Shown one piece after another: positions 1 through 6,212 of a stretch of 14,793 nucleotides of DNA. Position 1 is the stretch's first letter, and each line of letters begins with the position of its first letter. The position numbers and the translations under genes are program-made. The DNA comes from a bacterium. GTDB lineage: Bacteria; Methylomirabilota; Methylomirabilia; CAVQYV01. The notes beneath the pieces were generated by a model, which was not told the DNA's origin, made no database searches, and saw only the letters and a program-made list of their open reading frames with translations. The stretch spans positions 1 to 14,793 of the forward strand of contig JAZDMQ010000071.1 of the NCBI GenBank assembly GCA_043800755.1, written 5' to 3'.

Positions 1-1
1 T

Positions 2-1201
2 GCTTCTTGACATCCTGCTGCCCTCGTACAACGCATACTCCAGGAGCCTGCATTCTATGCCGCCGTTAAAAAATGGAATCCTTCGTTGTGCTCTCAACCC
101 CACCTTCTTTGCCAGGTCAGGATTTCCCGTGAAGAGATATCCTGTATATCCCCTGCACTTCTGCTTAAAGTAATCACCGATCCCCCGGTACACACCCTCC
201 AGCTCTTTGATCTTCCCCATTCTTTCTCCATATTCGGGGTTGAGCATGGCGATCCCGCCCCCGTCAGGAACTTCCGTCTTGGAATAATCACATACCGCAA
301 ATTCGATCAGATGCTCCACACCGGCAGCAGCCGCATTCCTCTTGGCTGCCTCCACCGCCTCTCTCCTGATATCGGTGGCAATAATCCTGCAATCCAAGGT
401 CTTTCTTGCCTCCTTTTTTGCTTGGGCACGCAGATCGTTCCAGAGCGATTCCTTGAATCCCTTGAGATGCATGAACCCGTAATTGTCCCTTAATAGCCCG
501 GAAGCCCTGTTCAGGCCTGCCAGGGCAGCCTCTATAGCCAGGGTGCCGCTGCCGCACATGGGATTGATGAAATGACCGCTGCCGTTCCATCCGGATGCCC
601 GGATAAGGGCAGCCGCAAGGGTCTCCTGCATGGGTGCCGTCAGGGGGATCTTTCTGTATCCGCGCCGGGAGAGGGGTTCCCCCGAGGTATCCAAATACAG
701 GGAGCAGCCATCTTCCTTCCAGTAGAGGTTTATCACGGCTCTGTCTTGAGCAGGACCGGAATCAGGACGATTCCCGGTCTTTTCCTTGATCCGGTCGACA
801 ATGGCATCCTTGCACTTTACATTGGCGTAGCGTGAGTCCCTGATGCTCGGAGTATCCACGCTGGAGGTGACGCAGACATACCCATCCTCGGCGATATACT
901 CCTCCCATGCGATCTTCGACACCGAGCGATAGAGGGCATCGGCATCACGGGCAGTGAATTCCTTGAGGAGAAAGAGGACGCGATGTCCCGTGCGGAGCCA
1001 AAGATTCAGCCGGAGGGTATCGTCGATCGTCCCCTCGGTCGCTATGCCGGCAATGGTTTCCGAGAGCACAGGAAATCCCAGCAGAAGGAGCTCTTCCTTC
1101 AAGAAGGGCGTGATCCCCTTGGCACAGGTAACCAGAATCCTGCTCTCAGGGGTCCCGAAAAAACGGGCATTCCATTTTTGGCCTGACAAAAGAACATCCA
1201 T
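2..1201 (-). CDS. THUMP-domain class I SAM-dependent RNA methyltransferase (RlmL/YpsC-like); 3' end runs off the window
   Basis: Manual translation of the minus strand from ATG at 1201 is open to the window edge (400 codons): ...SRILVTCAKGITPFLKEEL...LRLNLWLRTGHRVL...KCKDAIVDRI...LYLDTSGEPLSRRGYR...APMQETLAAALI...FINPMCGSGTLAIEAA...ATDI...LNPEYGERMG...FFNGGIECRLLEY. These match RlmL-family motifs (DxSGxxLxxRGYR, APxxETLAA, xPMCGSGT, NPxYGER). An in-frame TGA lies just upstream of 1201. There is no clear Shine-Dalgarno, so the exact start is uncertain. Confidence 0.9.
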   Translation of the reverse strand, partial: MDVLLSGQKWNARFFGTPESRILVTCAKGITPFLKEELLLLGFPVLSETIAGIATEGTIDDTLRLNLWLRTGHRVLFLLKEFTARDADALYRSVSKIAWEEYIAEDGYVCVTSSVDTPSIRDSRYANVKCKDAIVDRIKEKTGNRPDSGPAQDRAVINLYWKEDGCSLYLDTSGEPLSRRGYRKIPLTAPMQETLAAALIRASGWNGSGHFINPMCGSGTLAIEAALAGLNRASGLLRDNYGFMHLKGFKESLWNDLRAQAKKEARKTLDCRIIATDIRREAVEAAKRNAAAAGVEHLIEFAVCDYSKTEVPDGGGIAMLNPEYGERMGKIKELEGVYRGIGDYFKQKCRGYTGYLFTGNPDLAKKVGLRAQRRIPFFNGGIECRLLEYALYEGSRMSRS

Positions 1202-1204
1202 GGG

Positions 1205-1234
1205 TTGACAAGACAGAGAGAATCAAGGTATACT
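1205..1234 (+). promoter_or_regulatory. Sigma70-type promoter for the DEAD-box helicase transcript
   Basis: TTGACA (1205-1210, perfect -35), 18-nt spacer, TATACT (1229-1234, 5/6 match to -10). It points toward the helicase, with a predicted start near 1241. Confidence 0.7.
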
Positions 1235-1240
1235 GCAATC

Positions 1241-1598
1241 GTAATGCGATACACAAGACGCCACGATAGAGGCGTACCCAGAGATTAGCTTAAGACCTCT
1301 CCATAATCCGCAGGTCTTCGGTTCAGCTCCGGCCCCGCTATTAGTTCTTGTATCCCCCTCGCATTCAGAAAGGATTGCAGGCCTTCAGGAAATGAGTCCT
1401 GACAGCCTTTTGGCTCGTGCAGCCGAGCGTAGCGTCTCGCGAGGCACGCGTTACTCTTCACTTCGTATGAGGCAAGGATGTAGCGGCAGATTTTAGCTTC
1501 GTCTATAGGACAAGCATTTACCATCACCGTCCGGGTGATCATAAAACGCAGGCTGATGGCCACAGGCCACGCCGAGCCTGCTACAGAAAGAAGGGCAC
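1241..1598 (+). ncRNA. Putative long structured 5' leader (cis-regulatory RNA candidate) of the DEAD-box helicase
   Basis: About 360 nt between the promoter and the ATG with no convincing CDS. Nested complementary segments: AATGCGA 1243-1249/TCGCATT 1359-1365, ACAAGA 1253-1258/TCTTGT 1346-1351, ACGCC 1258-1262/GGCGT 1271-1275, AAGACCT 1292-1298/AGGTCTT 1312-1318, TCAGGA 1385-1390/TCCTGA 1397-1402, GCTCG 1413-1417/CGAGC 1424-1428, ATCACC 1523-1528/GGTGAT 1534-1539, CAGGC 1563-1567/GCCTG 1576-1580. Confidence 0.45.
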
Positions 1599-2840
1599 AT
1601 GAGTTTTGCTTCGTTTAATCTCCATCCGCAGATCGCGGCCGGCGTCAAAACGCTCGGCTATCACACGCCAACCCCCATCCAGCACCAGGCCATCCCGCCG
1701 GTCCTTCAGGGACAAGATGTCATGGGCCTCGCTCAGACCGGAACCGGAAAAACAGCGGTCTTCGTGCTGCCGATTTTGGAGCGCCTGATAAAGGGACCAC
1801 GCGGCCGTATCCGCGCCCTTGTCATTGCGCCGACGCGCGAGCTGGCCGAACAGATCAACAACGTCATTGCCGATCTGGGCCGTCACACCCGTCTGCGCAG
1901 CATCACGATCTACGGCGGCGTGGGCATGAACGCGCAGATACAGAAGCTGCGCGCCGGCGTCGAGATCGTCGTCGCCTGTCCCGGCCGCCTGCTGGATCAC
2001 ATCAATCAGGGTATGATCAGCCTGTCGAATCTGGAGGTGCTCGTGCTCGACGAGGCGGACCGGATGTTCGACATGGGTTTCCTGCCTGATATCCGGAAGA
2101 TCATCAAGCACTTGCCGGCCAAGCGCCAGACGCTGTTGTTCTCGGCAACCATGCCCGATGATATCCGACGGCTGGCCCACGACCTCCTGCACGCCCCGGT
2201 CACGGTAGAGATCAATCCCTCCGCACCGGCAAGCAGTGTCGCGCACGCGCTCTACCCGGTCGATCACCACCTCAAGACCGCGCTCCTCCTCGAACTGCTG
2301 CGCCGTACCGACACGGAGTCGGTCCTGATCTTTACGCGCACCAAGCACCGCGCCAAGCGCGTGGGGCAGCAGTTGGAAATGGCCGGCTACCGGGCCGCAT
2401 CGTTGCAGGGGAACCTGTCGCAGAACAAGCGCCAGGCGGCACTCGACGGATTCCGTGATGGCTCGTATCAGGTTCTGGTTGCGACCGACCTCGCAGCCCG
2501 CGGTATCGATGTCTCACGGATATCCCATGTCATCAACTACGACATGCCCGATACCGTCGACGCGTACACGCACCGGATCGGCCGCACCGGCCGGGTCGCG
2601 AAGAACGGCGACGCCTTCTCATTTATTACCCGTGAAGACGAGGCCGTGGTGCGCAGCATCGAGCGCGTCCTCAACGAAAAGGTGGTGCGTCGCACGATAG
2701 AGAGCTTCGATTACAAAAGGACGGCACCGGCGCGCGATATCGAGTTTGCCCGCCCCCGCATGAACCTCAGTGCTGCCGGCAGCAGGAAAAACCTATCAAG
2801 GATCGGGGGCAAGGATCGGAGGGCAGGTCTCGCTTTTTGA
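1599..2840 (+). CDS. rhlE: DEAD-box ATP-dependent RNA helicase (RhlE-like), 413 aa
   Basis: Full motif set: Q motif TPTPIQ, I AQTGTGKT, Ia PTRELA, GG, Ib CPGRLLDH, II DEAD, III SAT, IV IFTRTK, V ATDLAARGID, VI HRIGRTGR. Short basic C-terminal tail with no DbpA-type RNA-binding domain. Purine-rich AGAAAGAAGGG before the ATG. The family call is firm; the rhlE subfamily name is less so. Confidence 0.93.
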   Translation: MSFASFNLHPQIAAGVKTLGYHTPTPIQHQAIPPVLQGQDVMGLAQTGTGKTAVFVLPILERLIKGPRGRIRALVIAPTRELAEQINNVIADLGRHTRLRSITIYGGVGMNAQIQKLRAGVEIVVACPGRLLDHINQGMISLSNLEVLVLDEADRMFDMGFLPDIRKIIKHLPAKRQTLLFSATMPDDIRRLAHDLLHAPVTVEINPSAPASSVAHALYPVDHHLKTALLLELLRRTDTESVLIFTRTKHRAKRVGQQLEMAGYRAASLQGNLSQNKRQAALDGFRDGSYQVLVATDLAARGIDVSRISHVINYDMPDTVDAYTHRIGRTGRVAKNGDAFSFITREDEAVVRSIERVLNEKVVRRTIESFDYKRTAPARDIEFARPRMNLSAAGSRKNLSRIGGKDRRAGLAF

Positions 2841-2871
2841 CATTCCGTTGGCCATTTGGGAAGGCCACGGG

Positions 2872-2908
2872 GTCAAAAAGGCCGGGGGATCAGGTCTTTG
2901 CTTTTGAC
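2872..2908. terminator. Possible bidirectional intrinsic terminator between convergent genes
   Basis: AAAGGCC 2877-2883 pairs with GGTCTTT 2893-2899 (one G-U). It is flanked by GTCAAAA/TTTTGAC, which gives T-rich tails on both strands. A second bulged hairpin, CCGTTGGCC...GGCCACGG, lies at 2845-2870. The stems are modest. Confidence 0.4.
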
Positions 2909-2938
2909 GTCGGCCCAAGGTTTTCCGTTGCCGATATT

Positions 2939-3118
2939 CTATCCGCTCTCACCTTTCAATTGCTCCGGGCTGCGTTCGTCGAGCCACAGCTTGCAGACAT
3001 TCTTCCATCCGATGCGGCGCCATTTCCGGAAGGCCGCCTTCAGCTCCTCCAGGGTCTGGGCGTCTTGAAGGTCCTTCTGGGCGGCCCTCAGCTCCTCTAA
3101 GGATGCGGTCGCGGGCAT
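2939..3118 (-). CDS. Small hypothetical protein, 59 aa (MPATASLEELRAAQKDLQDAQTLEELKAAFRKWRRIGWKNVCKLWLDERSPEQLKGESG)
   Basis: Strong RBS AGGGAGG (3130-3124) 5 nt before ATG at 3118. Codon usage is host-like and the pattern is amphipathic-helical. I reject the track's longer start at 3220 because that extension runs through an intergenic palindrome. Confidence 0.75.
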   Translation of the reverse strand: MPATASLEELRAAQKDLQDAQTLEELKAAFRKWRRIGWKNVCKLWLDERSPEQLKGESG

Positions 3119-3195
3119 GCTATCCTCCCTTTTGTCCGTCTTGCCAAATGGAAATGAGTTCCGATTTCGAATTGCGAGATTTGGGATTGGGGGCC

Positions 3196-3226
3196 GGCAG
3201 ATTGAAAGTGATACATTCAATCTGCC
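3196..3226. repeat. Perfect 11-bp inverted repeat GGCAGATTGAA-N9-TTCAATCTGCC (candidate operator or RNA hairpin)
   Basis: Arms at 3196-3206 and 3216-3226, in the gap between the WYL stop codon (3251) and the small-protein start (3118). No poly-T tail on either side. Confidence 0.85.
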
Positions 3227-3250
3227 AAGAGACCCAAAGCGCGCCCCGTC

Positions 3251-4312
3251 TCAGACGATCTCGATCCTCAGCCTCTCCTTCGGTTGATCAGCCTCTCTCT
3301 TGGCTGGGGGGCGGATTTTGCGGGTCGCTTTGGCCGCGGCTGAATACTTGACCAACAAGGCCTCAGCCTCCTGGCGGATGGCCTCCCGGAGCCCTCTGGA
3401 CTCCAGCACCTCAGCCTCCTGGCCAAACCCCAAGATCCAGCGCTTCAGCTCCAGGGCATCGGTCACCTCCAAGCTCATCAGCAGGCTGCCATCGAGCTGG
3501 TATTGCATCTTTTGGCTGGGGTGCCAGATGCGCTCCGCGATCCAGGGCGCTTGATGGGGAGAGAAGAGGATCTGGACCCGCACCGGCTCCCCCCGGATCA
3601 GGCCAAAGCTGTCCTTGATGTACTCCTCGAAGTGGAATCCCTCGGGCAGGATGAAGGTTTGGGAAGTGGGCCGGGCCGCCCGAATCCGCTCCAGGGCGAA
3701 GACCAGGGTCTTTTGCCGCAGGTGGCAATAGGCGATGAGGTGGAGGTCGCCCTCCTGATACCAGAGGCGGTAGGGGTCAATCTTGCGGGCCTGCACCTTG
3801 CGCCGGCTGAAGGAATGGTAATCGATCTCCATGGTCTGCCGGTCCATGATGGCCTGGGTGATCTGTTCCATCAAGGGCTTGCAGGCAGAGTAGTCTTCGA
3901 TGCGGGTCGGGCGCGAGGAAAGGACCTCCTCCATCTCTTGTAAGAATTGGAGCATCGGGGCGGAGAGGGCGGATTTGATCTTGGCGAAGAAGGAGTCGAA
4001 GGACTCCTGGAAGGGGGTGCCCTGCAAGGGCCGCAACCGGCTTCCTGAGAGGCAAAGGGAGAGGAGCTCGGCATAGGAGACGGGCAGGGGGAGCTTGGCC
4101 CGATAGCCCTCCACCAGGCCGAACCGGGATTGCTTCCCTTCCTTCTGGTCGGTGAGGGGGAAGCCGGCTGCCTCCAGATCCTGGAGGTCTCTCCAGACGG
4201 TGCGCTCCGAACAATCCAATTCCCGGGCCAGCTCAGAGACCGTCCTGCCCGGCCCGGCCTCCAGGGAACAAATGAGCCGCCACTGGCGGATGACCTGATT
4301 CCCGCGCGCCAT
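3251..4312 (-). CDS. HTH-WYL-WCX transcriptional regulator (PafB/PafC/DriD/YafY-like), 353 aa
   Basis: N-terminal wHTH (TVSELARELDCSERTVWRDLQDLEAAGFPL), WYL domain (AIMDRQTMEIDYHS...RKIDPYRLWYQEGDLHLIAYCHLRQKTLVFALERI) and C-terminal WCX (ERIWHPSQ...ELKRWILGFGQEAEVLE). Starts 17 nt after the maf stop. Confidence 0.92.
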   Translation of the reverse strand: MARGNQVIRQWRLICSLEAGPGRTVSELARELDCSERTVWRDLQDLEAAGFPLTDQKEGKQSRFGLVEGYRAKLPLPVSYAELLSLCLSGSRLRPLQGTPFQESFDSFFAKIKSALSAPMLQFLQEMEEVLSSRPTRIEDYSACKPLMEQITQAIMDRQTMEIDYHSFSRRKVQARKIDPYRLWYQEGDLHLIAYCHLRQKTLVFALERIRAARPTSQTFILPEGFHFEEYIKDSFGLIRGEPVRVQILFSPHQAPWIAERIWHPSQKMQYQLDGSLLMSLEVTDALELKRWILGFGQEAEVLESRGLREAIRQEAEALLVKYSAAAKATRKIRPPAKREADQPKERLRIEIV

Positions 4313-4329
4313 TTTACCGCCTTACCCGC

Positions 4330-4926
4330 TCACTTGCCGAACCTCTTGCAAAGCTGCCTGAGCCTGCCCACCGGCAGGCCCACCACATTGGTATAGCAGC
4401 CCCAGATCTTGTCGATCAGGATGAAGCCTTTCCCCTGGATGGCGTAGGCCCCTGCCTTGTCGAAGGGCTCCCCGCTCTTGAGGTAGGACTGGATCTCTTC
4501 CTCGGACAGAGGGTGCATCCTCACCTTGGTGGTCTCGTGGGCTAGCGCCTCGCGGCCGGACGCCGCATCGATCAGGGCCAGGCCGGTGGTGACGAAGTGG
4601 GCCTTGCCGCTGAGAAGACACAGATATTCCCGTGCCGCCGCCTCATCCTTCGGCTTTCCCAGGAGGCGGCCATCGAGGTGGACGATGGTGTCGGCGCCCA
4701 GGACGATCCCTTCCTTGAGGCGGGAGGCGACCTCTCTGGCCTTGTGCAGGGCCAAGGTCTCCGCCGCCTGCACCGGATCCTGGTGAGGCATCTCCTCCTC
4801 GGACAGGCCGCTGGGGATGATCCGGATCCGCCATCCCAGGGCCCGCAGGATCTCCTGGCGCCGCGGCGAGGCCGAGGCCAGGATCAAGACCCTCCCTTTC
4901 TGCTCCTTCCGGGCCTCCCCCCTCAT
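4330..4926 (-). CDS. maf: Maf family nucleoside triphosphate pyrophosphatase (YhdE-like)
   Basis: Motifs ILASASPRRQEIL, LALHKA, VLGADTIV, LGKP, LSGKAH, GEPFDKAGAYAIQG, YTNVVGLP. ATGA overlap with the upstream gene's stop (4923-4926). Confidence 0.95.
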   Translation of the reverse strand: MRGEARKEQKGRVLILASASPRRQEILRALGWRIRIIPSGLSEEEMPHQDPVQAAETLALHKAREVASRLKEGIVLGADTIVHLDGRLLGKPKDEAAAREYLCLLSGKAHFVTTGLALIDAASGREALAHETTKVRMHPLSEEEIQSYLKSGEPFDKAGAYAIQGKGFILIDKIWGCYTNVVGLPVGRLRQLCKRFGK

Positions 4927-5192
4927 ATCCGCTTATAGATAAAGGTTGCCAGGAAGATCCCCAACAGGCTGAGGAGGTTCAGGCGGAAGGAGAAGCCCAG
5001 GGTGATGCTGAGGACCTTGAGATCAAGGGTCCCGGGAGGATTGAGGCCGAAGCTGATAAATCGGGTAAAGATCTTTTCCGTGAGCCCCCCTGGCGCCAAA
5101 AACGCCCAGAGCTCTCCCAACACCGAGCCGATGAGGGCTCCAAAGAGCATGACCACGAAGAGGATAGCGGCATTGTCTCTGGCCTTGGCCAT
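4923..5192 (-). CDS. Small membrane protein, DUF4321-like, 89 aa
   Basis: Hydrophobic N-terminal helix with GALIGSVLGE, then FGLNPPGTLDLKVLSITLGFSFRLNLLSLLG. Size, pattern and position directly upstream of maf fit DUF4321. RBS GGAGG lies 7 nt before the ATG. Confidence 0.8.
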   Translation of the reverse strand: MAKARDNAAILFVVMLFGALIGSVLGELWAFLAPGGLTEKIFTRFISFGLNPPGTLDLKVLSITLGFSFRLNLLSLLGIFLATFIYKRI

Positions 5193-5206
5193 CTTCTAAC
5201 CTCCGA

Positions 5207-6196
5207 TCAGGGTCCGATTATCTTCACTGCCCGACCACAGTTTTCGCATTTTCCATCCTTCACGCCCAATCTCAAGGTGCGGTAGCCGTCCCGGTCGACC
5301 AGGAGGTGATGACAATGGGGGCAATAAGTGGAGTTGCGCCCCCGATCGAGGAGGTTGCCCACATAGACATAGGAGAGCCTCGCCTGGGCGATCTGGAAGG
5401 CGCGCATCAGGGTCTCCGCCGGGGTGGCCTGGATCTCCATCTGGTAATGGGGGAAGTAGCGGGAGAAGTGGAGTGGGGTCTCCGGGCCCAGCCTCTCAGC
5501 GATCCAATCCACCAACCTCTGAAAATCCGCATCGGAGTCATTCAGGGTGGGGATGACCAGATTAGTGATCTCCACCAGGCAGCTCCGGGAGGCAACCTCG
5601 GCGGTGTGCAGGACCGGGGCCAGCGGACCCTTACAGATCTTCTTGTAGAATCCCTCGTCCATAGACTTGACATCGATGTTGAGGGCATCGATCCAGGGGA
5701 TCAGGAGCTGCAGGGGCTCGGGATTGATGAGGCCATTGGTCACCAGCACACTCTTCAAGCCCTTCGCCCGGGCCAGCTTGGCGCAGTCCAACACATACTC
5801 GAACCAGACCAGCGGCTCCGAATAGGTATAGGCGATCCCAATGGATCCGGATTGGCCGGCCAGCTCCACCGCCTTCTCCGGCGCCAGCCCGCGGGTGGGC
5901 ACCTCGGACTGGGAGATCTCCCAGTTCTGGCAGAACAGGCATCCTAAGTTGCAGCCGTTTCCCCCCATGGAAAAGATGGTGCTGCCGGGATAGAAGTGAT
6001 ACAGGGGCTTCTTCTCGATCGGGTCATGGGCCATCGAGGCAACCTGGGCATAATTGACCGCATAGAGGACCCCCTCCTGGAGCCTCCGGGTGCGGCAGAT
6101 TCCGACTCCACCCTCCTTGATCCGGCACTCGTGCGGGCAGAGGCGGCATTGGGCCCCTCCCTCGGGCAGCTTCTCGTAAAAGGCGGCTTCTTTCAT
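5207..6196 (-). CDS. amrS: AmmeMemoRadiSam system radical SAM enzyme (PFL-activating-enzyme-like), 329 aa
   Basis: Start reassigned to MKEAAFYEKL (ATG 6196, with GGGGGAG upstream). N-terminal CRLCPHEC...GICRTR, DPIEKKPLYHFYPG, radical SAM motif CNLGCLFC-QNWEISQ, IAYTYSEP, LHFSRYFP, YVYVGN, and C-terminal CPHC...CENC. Confidence 0.92.
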   Translation of the reverse strand: MKEAAFYEKLPEGGAQCRLCPHECRIKEGGVGICRTRRLQEGVLYAVNYAQVASMAHDPIEKKPLYHFYPGSTIFSMGGNGCNLGCLFCQNWEISQSEVPTRGLAPEKAVELAGQSGSIGIAYTYSEPLVWFEYVLDCAKLARAKGLKSVLVTNGLINPEPLQLLIPWIDALNIDVKSMDEGFYKKICKGPLAPVLHTAEVASRSCLVEITNLVIPTLNDSDADFQRLVDWIAERLGPETPLHFSRYFPHYQMEIQATPAETLMRAFQIAQARLSYVYVGNLLDRGRNSTYCPHCHHLLVDRDGYRTLRLGVKDGKCENCGRAVKIIGP

Positions 6197-6212
6197 CTCC
6201 CCCTCATCTCCC

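Noticed and set aside
86..1208. Several short ORFs on both strands in the track (86-493, 94-300, 288-590, 572-835, 954-1208, 983-1186)
   Set aside because: They are shadows of the real minus-strand methyltransferase frame (2-1201), which the track omitted because its stop lies outside the window.
1233..1380. Closing-stem domain considered as 6S RNA, tRNA or a known riboswitch
   Set aside because: It is multibranched rather than a rod with a central bubble, has no cloverleaf or T-loop, and shows no aptamer consensus I recognise. I kept it only as an unclassified leader.
1285..1563. 92-aa minus-strand ORF in the helicase leader, and a 34-codon plus-strand ORF from ATG 1392
   Set aside because: No recognisable domain, no well-spaced RBS and non-coding-like composition. 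The region is better explained as a structured UTR.
3119..3220. N-terminal extension of the small ORF to 93 aa
   Set aside because: The strong RBS is at the ATG at 3118. The extension starts inside the palindrome and has no RBS.
3361..3423. 15-nt direct repeat CCTCAGCCTCCTGGC (3361-3375, 3409-3423) and TCAGCCTCTC copies at 3268 and 3288
   Set aside because: They lie inside the WYL coding sequence, and the 15-mer encodes a repeated QEAE. There are too few copies and no regular spacing, so this is neither CRISPR nor an att site.
3690..3790. WYL signature reads LHL rather than WYL
   Set aside because: The eponymous triplet is variable in this family, and the surrounding P..L, C..R and F...RI pattern is intact. 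There is no evidence of inactivation.
1599..4312. Helicase + WYL interpreted as an anti-phage defence system
   Set aside because: The helicase is an ordinary DEAD-box RNA helicase, convergent with and separately transcribed from WYL. No nuclease, DNA methylase, Cas, toxin or ATPase defence gene is present.
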